Notes: generated from the letters alone by a model not told the origin. A DNA stretch of 64,000 nt from an uncultured Gammaproteobacteria bacterium (GCA_964527425.1 CAZGOA010000004.1:35691-99690); one strand, 5' to 3'; shown: positions 20,032-31,714, numbered from the stretch's first letter. Numbers and translations: made by a program.

Positions 20032-21255
20032 TTAGTTACGAAAAGAACGAAGCGATAAAACACCAGCGATCAACACCAGTACTTCTGCAACCACTGTAAT
20101 TAACGCTGCTGCTTGTGGACCGTACGTTGGTATAAACAGCAAGTTAAAGGTTATGTTGAGAACTGCGGCAACGCCATATATAAGCGTCAAAGATTTATTT
20201 TTACCTTTCGCTATTAACGTCCACATCACCAGGTTTGATAAAAAGAAAATCGGAAACGCTACAGAAAGCAGTCTGAGTAAAGAAACAGCATTAACAAAAG
20301 CCGGATTTATATATGTAAGTATTGGAGAAATAAACCAGGTTCCAAGAGACGCTATAAAACCCAAAGAACATAGGATAAAAGCAGCTTGACTCACTGTGGA
20401 CTGGAATTGTTTTGGCTGTTTTGCATCTCTTAACATGAGCGGGTATAAGCTGTTCATAAAAAAGACTGGAATAACTAACGGGAACTCGAAAATTTTAAAC
20501 GCTAAATTATATGCACCAACTTCAACCGTTGATCTACTGAGAGTAAGGATGATGCTATCAATACGAAAGTAGAGGAGGTTAAAAAACAATGTAATACTTA
20601 ATGGTGCTGCATCTCGCAATAGATAGGCAAAATGCCTAAGGTGCCAAACAGGTAGGGGAGAGGTAAACTTTTTTACGAGTAAGAGTGATAATAACGCTGT
20701 ACCAAACGTGCCGATACCCAACAACGATACTGCCCAAAGGACGGAATTAGAAAGAAAAAAAACACTTGCCAGAGTAAAAAGGGAACCAATCGTTAACGCA
20801 ATTGCTCCCCTGTCATATCTCAACAGTTTTTGAAACTGCGCATTTGTGGTTGTTATGACTGCATGACTAAGTATGGAAAAAGAATATATAAGAATACCCC
20901 ATCGTACGAGCGTTGTATAACCCTGGTTTTGACCTGTTGGTAAAAAGAAAAGCAATGCTAAACAAAGGGCAATTGCAAGAAAGGCTATTGTTAAGCGGAG
21001 ACCCAGTAGTTCCTGCCATGTAACGGTTTCTTTTTCCTTATTAATTCGCAGATAAGAGGCGTTTAATCCTAAATCAACCAACAGATAAAAAAATGGAACG
21101 TAGGTAATAATTTTACTAAAATCTCCAAACCCTTCAGCACCAAGTATTTTTGCAAGGTAAATACTAATAATAAACATTGTTCCAGAAGAAACAAATCGAG
21201 CAAACAGTTGGACAATGGTGTTATCAGCAATTACTCTATATCGAGAAATTCCCAT
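20032..21255 (-). CDS. Wzx-like oligosaccharide flippase (MOP family)
   Basis: Many TM helices; LAKILGAEGFGDFS, DLGL, LYFRIDSIIL, VGAYNLA, LNITFNLLFIP.YG..AAA. Confidence 0.85.
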   Translation of the reverse strand: MGISRYRVIADNTIVQLFARFVSSGTMFIISIYLAKILGAEGFGDFSKIITYVPFFYLLVDLGLNASYLRINKEKETVTWQELLGLRLTIAFLAIALCLALLFFLPTGQNQGYTTLVRWGILIYSFSILSHAVITTTNAQFQKLLRYDRGAIALTIGSLFTLASVFFLSNSVLWAVSLLGIGTFGTALLSLLLVKKFTSPLPVWHLRHFAYLLRDAAPLSITLFFNLLYFRIDSIILTLSRSTVEVGAYNLAFKIFEFPLVIPVFFMNSLYPLMLRDAKQPKQFQSTVSQAAFILCSLGFIASLGTWFISPILTYINPAFVNAVSLLRLLSVAFPIFFLSNLVMWTLIAKGKNKSLTLIYGVAAVLNITFNLLFIPTYGPQAAALITVVAEVLVLIAGVLSLRSFRN

Positions 21256-21304
21256 GGATTAATTGTAGACGCATTTCTTACAAAAGAGAAATCAAAAAAA
21301 CACC

Positions 21305-22597
21305 TTATGCGTGCTTGTTTAGGATATAAAAAGAAGACAGCACAACAGTCAAGAGTAATTGACCCTGGTGCAACGAGTAGAAATAATGATCTGTTATCCC
21401 AATAAGTATAATTGGAATGAAAACATATGAATGTTCGGTAAGAATTCGTTTCATACTATATAAAAAATGTTGCATGAGGAGAATAATAATTAATACACCA
21501 AATAAACCAAATTCGCTTAAGAAAAGTACATATATGTTGTGGACCGGCTGTAAAAAATAAATTGATCTTGAAACCAAATACTCAGGTAGAACAGTTAAAA
21601 AATTACCAAGTCCAACTCCAGTAAGCCAGTAGTCTGCAATTATAGAAAAAGCCGCTTCATTTAACTGTCTTCTTACAAGAAACGATTCTGTGTTAGATAC
21701 CTGTATAAGAGAAAAGGGTAGCGTGGAAAAGATCATTGTGCCTGCAATGAGTAATCCCACTATCGATTTTTTTGTTTGTGATAGAGAAGACATGAAAACG
21801 AGACCAACTATAAAGCTAATCCAGGCAGTACGGCTGAATGTAAGCAGCAGAGCCATTAGAGGTAACGATAAAACGCTAAGAAACATCACTTTTTCATTGG
21901 GAAGGAGAGAGTAGAGTTGTGAGGTTTTTAGCCATGCCACAAGAAGTTTTTTTTGTTTTATAGTCATGAGCAGCATTAATGCGAGAAACCCACCGAAGAC
22001 ATTGGGATGTGCAAAAGTCCCATACGCTCTTATGGTTTGCCAACAGGCAGATGATACCTCAAAAGGATAACAAAAGAAAAACTTGGCAATGTTCAATGTT
22101 TGATTATCAAACGAACGTTCTCCTAACCAGTAAAATCCCACTGATTGTTGTTTTAATACCTGCAAAATACCTATGCCTGATACCCAAAAAGATGAAAGTA
22201 ATAAAGGAATGGTTACTTGAAGGATTGAAAAGTTGTTTTTTATAATATATACACTTAAAAAACACAGTTTAATAACCACCAGCCATTTAAATGCACTAAC
22301 AATAGGAACCGAAGAAAAGAATATGTTAACAAACACCAGAAGGCATAGAGGTAAAAAAACACGCATCGCCATTGAGTTTTTTAGAGTAAGCAACAACTTT
22401 TTTTGTTCCAATGCCCAACAACTCAACATAATTACTAACACTATGTCTGTAGCGTAGAGGATGGGGGAGAGGTAATCGACCTGCCTGCCCAATACATAGG
22501 CCCAATCAGGCCAAAAGTAATAATTTAGTTGTACAGGAAGAAAAAAGAGAAATACATAAAACAGTTTTTTATGGTAAGAAAAAATACTCACTCGCAT
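21305..22597 (-). CDS. O-antigen ligase/Wzy_C family membrane protein
   Basis: RAYGTFAHPNVFGG, TFSRTAW, GVGLGNF, QPVHNIY..SEFG. Confidence 0.85.
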   Translation of the reverse strand: MRVSIFSYHKKLFYVFLFFLPVQLNYYFWPDWAYVLGRQVDYLSPILYATDIVLVIMLSCWALEQKKLLLTLKNSMAMRVFLPLCLLVFVNIFFSSVPIVSAFKWLVVIKLCFLSVYIIKNNFSILQVTIPLLLSSFWVSGIGILQVLKQQSVGFYWLGERSFDNQTLNIAKFFFCYPFEVSSACWQTIRAYGTFAHPNVFGGFLALMLLMTIKQKKLLVAWLKTSQLYSLLPNEKVMFLSVLSLPLMALLLTFSRTAWISFIVGLVFMSSLSQTKKSIVGLLIAGTMIFSTLPFSLIQVSNTESFLVRRQLNEAAFSIIADYWLTGVGLGNFLTVLPEYLVSRSIYFLQPVHNIYVLFLSEFGLFGVLIIILLMQHFLYSMKRILTEHSYVFIPIILIGITDHYFYSLHQGQLLLTVVLSSFYILNKHA

Positions 22598-22650
22598 TAT
22601 ACATCATGCTATCACTCTTCTTTGAGAAAAGTAGAGTTGTAAAAAATAGA

Positions 22651-23145
22651 TTATTTTAAAGGAGTATCTTCTGAGGGCGTTGTTTCTTTTGGTTTAACGA
22701 CCAATACTCTTCTCGTTCCATCACCTTCAGATTCAGTTTGTACTCTGTCGTCTCCTGAAAGTGTTAAGTGAACGACTCTTCGTTCTGAAGGAGATAAATT
22801 CGTAAGTTCAACTGGTCTACCCGTTTCAAGAACTCGTTCTGCGGCTCTTTGTGCTAAATACATTAATGACTCTTCTCTTTTTTCTCGGTAATCATTTACA
22901 TTTACGTATGCTTTTACAGAACCAAGTTTTTTTGCAATGATCATGGAAAGAATAATTTGAAAGCTTTCGAGTGTGCGGCCATGATACCCAATGAGAATAC
23001 CAGTTTCTTCTGTTGAAATATGAATTCTGTAGGCATCGGTTTCATCAGTATTTACTTCAACAGAACCATCAATGCCAAGCAAAGATAAGAAATCAGTTGT
23101 AAGGTCTTTTACGATTTGTTTTGTTTCGTCTGTTGGTTTATCCAT
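22651..23145 (-). CDS. jag: Jag/KhpB (EloR) RNA-binding protein, KH + R3H
   Basis: GILIGYHGRTLESFQ (KH), ERRVVH and ESEGDG.RR (R3H); follows yidC. Start set at MDKPTDE. Confidence 0.88.
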   Translation of the reverse strand: MDKPTDETKQIVKDLTTDFLSLLGIDGSVEVNTDETDAYRIHISTEETGILIGYHGRTLESFQIILSMIIAKKLGSVKAYVNVNDYREKREESLMYLAQRAAERVLETGRPVELTNLSPSERRVVHLTLSGDDRVQTESEGDGTRRVLVVKPKETTPSEDTPLK

Positions 23146-23944
23146 ATTTTTTATTAATGATACGTTGCTGAATAATACCAAAAATCCCAAAAACATTCCA
23201 GTAGAGGGCTAAACCGATAGGGAATTGGTAAGCAAAAAACCCAAACATTAACGGTGATATGATGGCCATCTGTTTTTGAACTTCAGCTGCCATATCTTCT
23301 GTTTTTGGTTCTTCCTTTTCTGCTTTCTTGGGAGCGGTAATGGCCTGTGATGCTGTGTTTTGTTTAATCATTAATTGGGTTTGATACCATTGTAGTAGGG
23401 CTGTAAGTATAGGGATAATAAAAAGCCAATATCCTGCAGTTTGCCATTGACTTGGCTTTAGGGCTAAGTTTATGCCAAGAAACGATAAATCAATTGTTTC
23501 CAGACGCAAAAAAGGAAAATAGACGACTTGATTGATATTTGCAAGCATTTGTGACATGTCAGTATTACTAAAAACCTGATAAAACACATTATACAGAGCG
23601 ATTAACACAGGCATCTGCAGAAGCAGAGGAAGACAACCTGCTGCAGGGTTTACTCCATGTTCTTTGTATAATTCCATTTGAGCTTTTTGAAGTGCTGTTC
23701 TATCGCCTTTGTGTTTTTTTGCCAACTCATCCATGTGTGGCTTGAGTTTCTGCATTTTTTTTGCGGATTTCATCTGAACAGCCATAAATGGCCATAGTAT
23801 GAAACGCATTGTGATGGTCATGGCGATAATTGCAAAACCTAAAGGCCCAGGTATTCCAAAAGATTCAAAAAGTTTGTAAAAAGCAACCAGCGCATTTAAG
23901 ATTGGCCAAATAAAAACCTGATTCCAAAAAATAGGGTCTGTCAT
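23138..23944 (-). CDS. yidC: Membrane protein insertase YidC/Oxa1
   Basis: GFAIIAMTI.MR..LWP, MELYKEHGVNPAAGCLPLLLQMP, FPIGLALYW. Confidence 0.95.
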   Translation of the reverse strand: MTDPIFWNQVFIWPILNALVAFYKLFESFGIPGPLGFAIIAMTITMRFILWPFMAVQMKSAKKMQKLKPHMDELAKKHKGDRTALQKAQMELYKEHGVNPAAGCLPLLLQMPVLIALYNVFYQVFSNTDMSQMLANINQVVYFPFLRLETIDLSFLGINLALKPSQWQTAGYWLFIIPILTALLQWYQTQLMIKQNTASQAITAPKKAEKEEPKTEDMAAEVQKQMAIISPLMFGFFAYQFPIGLALYWNVFGIFGIIQQRIINKKYG

Positions 23945-23986
23945 AGATGAAATGTAAAAATACCTCACAATATGGTGGGTATATGT

Positions 23987-24223
23987 TTATGTTACAGGAT
24001 CATATCCTCCTGGATGAAAAGGATGACAACGAAGTATTCGTTTTATTCCTAATGCTACGCCTTTTATTATACCATAGCGTTTAACAGCGTCGTACATGTA
24101 ATCACTACAGCGAGGTGTAAAGCGACATGTTTTTCCGATTGGCAGGATATACCTAAATAATCCTGTGTCCAGAGAAAGAAAACGTTGATAAAAACGTATA
24201 CTAAGCAATAAAAAAGTTTTCAT
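23987..24223 (-). CDS. yidD: Membrane protein insertion efficiency factor
   Basis: [25 protein letters not shown]. Confidence 0.95.
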   Translation of the reverse strand: MKTFLLLSIRFYQRFLSLDTGLFRYILPIGKTCRFTPRCSDYMYDAVKRYGIIKGVALGIKRILRCHPFHPGGYDPVT

Positions 24224-24571
24224 TTACGTAGAGTGTTTGTGTGAATTAACATGTTGGAATAGTGTGTTTAGGTCTTGAGTGATCAGATCTTTATTTAGTT
24301 CAGTTGTGTGTTTTTTTAGAATGACGACTGCATCTATTGAATTATGTAACAGTTTCATCGAATCCAGAACTGCATTCCGAAGCCAACGTTTATTTCGGTT
24401 TCGAACTGTTGCTTTTTTAATTGTTTTCTTGGCTATAATAAAAGAAAAACGAGAAACAGAGCGATTATTAAAAGAGAATTTAATTTGTAATAAATCAGAA
24501 GAAACTAAGAGTCCTCGTCTACTAACGACTCTTACTAGTTCATTTGGAAGGCGAAACTCCCGGGGGAGCAT
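24224..24571 (-). CDS. rnpA: Ribonuclease P protein component
   Basis: SRFSFIIAKK, KATVRNRNKR (RNR motif); between rpmH and yidD. Confidence 0.9.
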   Translation of the reverse strand: MLPREFRLPNELVRVVSRRGLLVSSDLLQIKFSFNNRSVSRFSFIIAKKTIKKATVRNRNKRWLRNAVLDSMKLLHNSIDAVVILKKHTTELNKDLITQDLNTLFQHVNSHKHST

Positions 24572-24575
24572 GAGA

Positions 24576-24713
24576 TTATATAGTTAGGCGTTTTCGTCCT
24601 TGAACGCGGCGGCGTTTAAGAACTTTTTGTCCACCTTCAGTTTTCATTCTTGATCGAAATCCATGTGTTTTTATTCTTGCTTTTTTCTTCGGCTGATACG
24701 TTCTTTTTGGCAT
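24576..24713 (-). CDS. rpmH: 50S ribosomal protein bL34 (absent from the ORF track)
   Basis: Translated by hand: [45 protein letters not shown]. Confidence 0.97.
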   Translation of the reverse strand: MPKRTYQPKKKARIKTHGFRSRMKTEGGQKVLKRRRVQGRKRLTI

Positions 24714-24743
24714 AGTAACGAATTATAGCATATTTGAGTGACT

Positions 24744-25184
24744 TTATTCCAGACCGATAAGTTTTGCCAATTGTGAAGTTGAAGGGGTCTGAACTTTGTC
24801 TACTATTACAAGGGAAGCCCCAATGTTGTCTGCTTGCAGTTTTTTTTGAGAATAATATGGGTCTCCCTCTGTTATAGCAATGATATGTGGAGTAAGTGAT
24901 GTGACCATAGATTCATAATCCTTGTCTGAGGTGAGTGTTGGTAGCGATATAACTTCGTCAACAAATAAGAGAGATTCTACCATTTGTTTTCTTTGATGTT
25001 GTGTATGAATTGGACGGAGATGTCCTTTCCTTCTTGTAACATTTTCATCAGATTCAAGTGCAACTATTAAATAATTTCCTAACAGTTTTGCTTGGCGTAA
25101 AAATTCTATATGACCGAAATGCAAAACATCAAAACAACCGCCAACTAAGACTATATGTTTTTTTATATGGTGTTTGGTGTTCAT
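24744..25184 (-). CDS. Cytidylyltransferase-family nucleotidyltransferase (RibL/TagD/HldE-like)
   Basis: GGCFDVLHFGH, VALESD, RKG..RPI...QR; start at MNTKHH overlaps the upstream stop. Confidence 0.85.
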   Translation of the reverse strand: MNTKHHIKKHIVLVGGCFDVLHFGHIEFLRQAKLLGNYLIVALESDENVTRRKGHLRPIHTQHQRKQMVESLLFVDEVISLPTLTSDKDYESMVTSLTPHIIAITEGDPYYSQKKLQADNIGASLVIVDKVQTPSTSQLAKLIGLE

Positions 25185-26617
25185 TAGATTTGTGGACCCC
25201 GCAAGTAAACGGCTTGCCAAGGTCTGTAGTTAGCGACGAATTGCCTGTCTGTTAAAATTTCATTTCCTCTGGTCACTTTGTATGAAAATATTGTTTTTGC
25301 ACCCGAAGCAGCCCAGTCTACTTGTTTAACAACGCCTGGAGCGAGTGTGGGATCATCTTGATAGAGTGGGGGAGGAGCAGGTGACTGGCTCAATATCTGG
25401 TGATTAAGTATTTCTGACTTTCTTCCATCATACGTTCCGTAGAGGTCGATCGTAAGAGATAAATTCTTTTTGTCAGTCGTAGTTTGAATTAAGATGGAAT
25501 GTGAGGTGTCGTTTTTAAATTTTAAATCTACACTTGGTACAAAAATGGTTGCGTCAAGACCGGGTTTATAGCCAGCTTGCTCATAATAAGACACTCTATA
25601 AGCGTGAGGAGACCATTCAACAATCGGTAGCCCGGCATTTAATGCAGCTCTAAAAAGTGTGGTAGACACCTGGCAAACTCCACCTCCATCACCAAGTACC
25701 GTTCTGCCTTCCTTTATTATATAGGCAGTTTGGTACCCTGTTTCTTTCGATATGTCTCCTATTAATTTATTAAATGAAACGATCTCACCTGGAGCTATAA
25801 GAACGCCATTGAATTTACTGGCTGCGAGTGAAATATTATGAATTCTACCAGGGATTGAGCCTATGAATTCTGAATATCCTCTTCCGATTTGCTCTTGAAT
25901 TCCATATTGATTGCTTTGAGAGGTTGCTATCGTTGGCTGTATTGTTTCCACGCTTAATACGATTGGAAATATTTTGTTAGAAGAATAGGGGATTTCTTTT
26001 ATAATGTCATTAAATTGTTGCTTGGCTAATGATTGATTTAGCTTTTTGCCTGGAGTTGCAGGTTTAAATTCATTGACACGGCCATTAATAAAAGAAAATT
26101 TTGCGTCTTCTGGCGGCACATCAACAGAGTCAGCGAGTGCTGAAAGGGTCGAGTCTAGAACATCTTGATTCCATCTAAAATATGGAGTAAGCACTGTTTT
26201 TTCTTTGAGGAGTTTGGTATACATGTCGCTTAAAATATTTCCAGATCGGGAAACTAAGTAGGATTGTTTAGCGATGAGTTGTTCATCGTACCCCAAGTTG
26301 AGTTGTTCACCTGAGATTGTCGCAATGGTTGTTCCTAAATGTAATTCAAAAAATGTGTTTTTATAGACGAGGTTATTTGCTTTCCAATCATTTACGATTT
26401 CTTGAGGTGTTTTGCCGCCTGCATTATACGTACCAATGTAAGTTTTAGGATAGATCTTATTGGTGAATGTTATATCCAGATACAACAAATATAAGGACGT
26501 ACCTAGCACAACTGCAGAAGTACTGATAACCATAAAAAAGACAGCTTTACTAAAATTTCTTAGAATCTGTCGTTTTTTTGTCTGTGTTTCTTTTAGTGCA
26601 GAATGGTGTTTTGACAT
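25184..26617 (-). CDS. VanW family protein with peptidoglycan-binding region
   Basis: N-terminal TM; RIHNISLAA, GGGVCQVSTTLFRAA, HAYRVSYY, GLDATI, DLKFKND. Confidence 0.88.
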   Translation of the reverse strand: MSKHHSALKETQTKKRQILRNFSKAVFFMVISTSAVVLGTSLYLLYLDITFTNKIYPKTYIGTYNAGGKTPQEIVNDWKANNLVYKNTFFELHLGTTIATISGEQLNLGYDEQLIAKQSYLVSRSGNILSDMYTKLLKEKTVLTPYFRWNQDVLDSTLSALADSVDVPPEDAKFSFINGRVNEFKPATPGKKLNQSLAKQQFNDIIKEIPYSSNKIFPIVLSVETIQPTIATSQSNQYGIQEQIGRGYSEFIGSIPGRIHNISLAASKFNGVLIAPGEIVSFNKLIGDISKETGYQTAYIIKEGRTVLGDGGGVCQVSTTLFRAALNAGLPIVEWSPHAYRVSYYEQAGYKPGLDATIFVPSVDLKFKNDTSHSILIQTTTDKKNLSLTIDLYGTYDGRKSEILNHQILSQSPAPPPLYQDDPTLAPGVVKQVDWAASGAKTIFSYKVTRGNEILTDRQFVANYRPWQAVYLRGPQI

Positions 26618-26643
26618 GATATGATTATTTTATACAAAAACAT

Positions 26644-28647
26644 ATGGCCAACACAAAGCAGTCGCAGTCCGGTAACATACAGACGGGCGGGACTATTCCC
26701 CCAGAACCCTCTCCTACGCCACCAGAACAACCTTCTGGTTCATTTGTTATAGCAGATTTACCTGCTACACCGCCACCAGAGACTACGCCGTCCTCTCAAG
26801 GGAGTGACATTTCGCCACCACTACCGCCCCCCGTTACGTCTGGACCAATGTCTCCGCCTCAAATGACTGTTGAATCGATACCAGATTTACCTGCTCCTCC
26901 ACAACCAGAGACTGCGCCATTCTCTCAAGGGAGTGACAATTCGCCGCCACTACCGCCCCCCGTTACGTCTGGACCAATGTCTCCACCTCAAATGACTGTT
27001 GAATCGATACCAGATTTACCAGTCACATCGCCATCTCAGGGAGTGAACGATTCGTTAACCAATATGTCTCCACCAACGTCAGAGATACCAGGAAACAATT
27101 CTCCAAGCACTGTTTCACCGCCACCTCAAATGAAAGTGGAACCAATACTTGATATGCCAGAGCCGATTCCGTCTTCATCGTATACTCCTAATGTGGAAAT
27201 TCCTTTACCTCCTCCAAATCAAACTGCTGGGAACACCTCAAATACTGCCCAGACTAACAGCTTTATGCCACAGGGGTTGATGTCGGAACAGCCACCAGCT
27301 TCTCCACCATTTGTCTCTCCACCTATCTCTGTGCCTTCGAGGAGTAACCCTTTAAAGTGGATTTTTTTATTGTTAATTATTGTGTTGCTAGGATTGGGTG
27401 CATTTTTAGGAATTCGTTTAGGAGGTCAGGCAATTAATAATAATAAGGAAGTAACCTTGACATATTGGGGATTATGGGAAAATGATGCAATAGTTCGACC
27501 AATTATTGAAGCATTTGAAGCAGAGAATCCCAAAATAAAGGTCTCCTATGTAGCTCAAAATCATAAAGAATATCGACAGCGACTAGAGGCTGCTATTAAC
27601 AGAGGTGATGGCCCAGATTTATTTAGGTACCATGCAACCTGGATACCAATGTTGAGAAATCAAATAGAACCAGTTCCTGGCGAAGTCATGCCGGCAGCAG
27701 AATTTAGCTCAAAGTATTATCCAGTGATTGTAAATGATTTATTAGCTGGATCAACCCTTTGGGGAATTCCCTTTATGATTGATGGGTTAGGTCTTTATAT
27801 TAATGAAGATCTTTTTGCATCAGCTGGAGTGTTTCCTCCGAAAACGTATGAAGAGTTGTTGTCTATTGTCCCTCGATTAACTGTTAAAGACGGTGATACG
27901 ATAGTGACATCTGCAATAGCTCTTGGTACTACAAATAATATTGACCATTTTAGCGATATTCTTGGGTTGATGATTATGCAAAATGGAGGTTCATTAGCTC
28001 AGCCAATTGGCGAAGAAGCAGAACAGGCATTAATTTTCTATCGCAAATTTTCAACACCAAGTGATCCTCAATATACATGGAATGAGCTTCAGGATAATGC
28101 AGTTTCTGCCTTTGCCAACGGTAGATTGGCTATGATGATTGCTCCTTCATGGAGAGCATTTGATATTCGCAAGATAAACCCTACTATTAACTTCCGCATA
28201 GAACCTGTTCCGCAGTTGCCCGGAAAACCACTTACCTGGGCTAGTTATTGGGTGGAGGGTGTATCAAGTCAAAGTAATAACAAAGAACAAGCATTTACAT
28301 TTCTAAAATATTTAACCAGCGAGGAAACTGTTAAGCGTTTATATTCTGAAGCCGTAAAAACGCGTTTATTTGGTCCACCTTACGCCTTAAAAAATATAGG
28401 TACTCAGCTTGAGAGCGATCCGTTTGTTGGTGCATATATTCAGCAGGCAGAATATGCAAGATCGTTTCCGCTTGCCTCAAAAACACATGATAATGGCTTA
28501 AACGATCAAATGATCGGATATATGGAAGATGCGATTAATTCAACTATTCAAGGAAACGCGCCTTCTGAAGCGTTAAATACCATGTCACAAGGATTTCAAC
28601 AGGTGTTATCTCGGTTTGGACTTGCTACATCTCGCTCAACTCAGTAA
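26644..28647 (+). CDS. Membrane-anchored sugar-type extracellular solute-binding protein with long Pro-rich N-terminus
   Basis: About 235 aa of P/S/T-rich sequence, a TM helix, then LTYWGLWE, GPDLF, GIPFMIDGLGLYIN, FANGRLAMM. Confidence 0.85.
   Translation: MANTKQSQSGNIQTGGTIPPEPSPTPPEQPSGSFVIADLPATPPPETTPSSQGSDISPPLPPPVTSGPMSPPQMTVESIPDLPAPPQPETAPFSQGSDNSPPLPPPVTSGPMSPPQMTVESIPDLPVTSPSQGVNDSLTNMSPPTSEIPGNNSPSTVSPPPQMKVEPILDMPEPIPSSSYTPNVEIPLPPPNQTAGNTSNTAQTNSFMPQGLMSEQPPASPPFVSPPISVPSRSNPLKWIFLLLIIVLLGLGAFLGIRLGGQAINNNKEVTLTYWGLWENDAIVRPIIEAFEAENPKIKVSYVAQNHKEYRQRLEAAINRGDGPDLFRYHATWIPMLRNQIEPVPGEVMPAAEFSSKYYPVIVNDLLAGSTLWGIPFMIDGLGLYINEDLFASAGVFPPKTYEELLSIVPRLTVKDGDTIVTSAIALGTTNNIDHFSDILGLMIMQNGGSLAQPIGEEAEQALIFYRKFSTPSDPQYTWNELQDNAVSAFANGRLAMMIAPSWRAFDIRKINPTINFRIEPVPQLPGKPLTWASYWVEGVSSQSNNKEQAFTFLKYLTSEETVKRLYSEAVKTRLFGPPYALKNIGTQLESDPFVGAYIQQAEYARSFPLASKTHDNGLNDQMIGYMEDAINSTIQGNAPSEALNTMSQGFQQVLSRFGLATSRSTQ
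26755..27021 (+). repeat. Tandem 129-bp (43-aa) coding repeat, two near-identical units plus the start of a third
   Basis: DLP codons begin at 26755, 26884 and 27013; unit DLPA.P.PET.P.SQGSD.SPPLPPPVTSGPMSPPQMTVESIP. Confidence 0.92.
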
Positions 28648-28655
28648 ATTCATCC

Positions 28656-29558
28656 ATGATGTGGACAATTAAACAAAGTATTCATGCAACCCTTATTTAT
28701 TCCGGGATATTTGAGTATCCCCTTAATGAATCTGAAATACTACGATATCTCATTAGACCGAATAAACAGCTGTTAACCAAGAGGGTAAAAGGATTACTTA
28801 AACACTTTCCTCAAAAGAACACGTTTTTTTCAGATTCAGATATTGCCAAAAGAGTAAAGTTAAGAGAGCAGAGAAAGGAAATTTCTATAACCAAATGGAA
28901 CACTGCTAAAAAGGGTTCATATTGGTTAAGTTATATTCCAACTATTGATTTTATCGGTGTAAGCGGAAGCTTGTCGATGAATAATGCAAAGACAGAAGAT
29001 GATATAGATTTATTCATTGTTTGTTATGCAAATACGATATGGTCAACCCGATTATTTGTTTTATTAATATTGACGCTACTGCGCAAAAGAAGAAAATTCG
29101 GCGATACAATAGAAAAAGACCTGTTGTGCCCTAACATGTTTGTCGCCAGTAGTCATTTGCGATTACCATATAACGAGCAGGATTTATACAGTGCACACGA
29201 AGTTGTGCAGGTTGAACCACTGTTTGTTAGAGGATTTACCTATCATAGATTCATCCTTGAGAATGAGTGGGTATCGACAATGTTACCGAATGCCTGGAAG
29301 TGGTCAATGAAAAAAGCACAATTAACTACCGTCTATCCAGTACATCTCGGAATAATAATTGGGAGAATATTGTTTTATCTACTTAATCCAGTCTGTAAAA
29401 TTCCCCAGCGTCTATTAATTGGGGTACATCGAACTTCAGAGATCATATCTGATTCAGTGTTGAGGTTTCATCCAAAGGATGTTCGGCCGTATATACACGA
29501 TAAATTTATACAGAAATTAACTAAAGCAGAGATCCCTCTTGACAGTCAATTTTTTTGA
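28656..29558 (+). CDS. Hypothetical protein with Pol-beta-type nucleotidyltransferase motif
   Basis: IGVSGSLS..N...EDDIDLFIV (GS...DxD). Confidence 0.65.
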   Translation: MMWTIKQSIHATLIYSGIFEYPLNESEILRYLIRPNKQLLTKRVKGLLKHFPQKNTFFSDSDIAKRVKLREQRKEISITKWNTAKKGSYWLSYIPTIDFIGVSGSLSMNNAKTEDDIDLFIVCYANTIWSTRLFVLLILTLLRKRRKFGDTIEKDLLCPNMFVASSHLRLPYNEQDLYSAHEVVQVEPLFVRGFTYHRFILENEWVSTMLPNAWKWSMKKAQLTTVYPVHLGIIIGRILFYLLNPVCKIPQRLLIGVHRTSEIISDSVLRFHPKDVRPYIHDKFIQKLTKAEIPLDSQFF

Positions 29559-29593
29559 GTGCTAAGATAGCAGTTACTTCAATTGACTGCCAA
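29539..29593 (+). promoter_or_regulatory. Tandem CIRCE (HrcA) operators overlapping the groESL sigma70 promoter
   Basis: TTGACAGTC-N9-GAGTGCTAA (29539-29565) and ATAGCAGTT-N9-GACTGCCAA (29567-29593) versus consensus TTAGCACTC-N9-GAGTGCTAA; -35 TTGACA and TGnTAAGAT lie inside. Confidence 0.8.
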
Positions 29594-29662
29594 AAACAGT
29601 TCAATTTTAAGGTTCTGTTCAACTGTTTATATTAAATGTTTCATACTCTGAAAGGAGGTCAT

Positions 29663-29962
29663 ATGGCAAAAATGAATGTAAAGCCATTATTTGATCACGT
29701 ATTAATTCAGCCTTCAAAAGCTGAGGAAAAACTTCCCTCTGGGATAGTTCTACCAGATTCAGCAAAAGATAAACCCCAAATGGGTGTGATTATGGCTGTG
29801 GGTCCAGGTGCTGTCGATGATGGAAAAATTGTAGCTGGAAGTATGTATGTGAAAGTAGGACAAAAAGTAATGTATAAGAAATGGGGAGGGAATGAAATTA
29901 AAGTAAATGGAGAAGAGATGATGATTGTGGAACAAAAAGATATTTTAGCAATTGTTGAATAA
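29663..29962 (+). CDS. groES: Co-chaperonin GroES
   Basis: KPLFDHVLI, SGIVLPDSAKDKP, AVGPG; AGGAGG RBS before ATG 29663. Confidence 0.97.
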   Translation: MAKMNVKPLFDHVLIQPSKAEEKLPSGIVLPDSAKDKPQMGVIMAVGPGAVDDGKIVAGSMYVKVGQKVMYKKWGGNEIKVNGEEMMIVEQKDILAIVE

Positions 29963-30000
29963 TACTAACCTTCCGACGTTATGCATTAGGAAGGATTTAA

Positions 30001-31695
<1,695 letters not shown>

Positions 31696-31714
31696 AAATA
31701 ATTCAGGTATTAAT

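Noticed and set aside
26755-27021. Possible CRISPR-like or mobile repeat
   Set aside because: In-frame 129-bp coding tandem repeat without unique spacers; no cas genes or arrays seen in the window.
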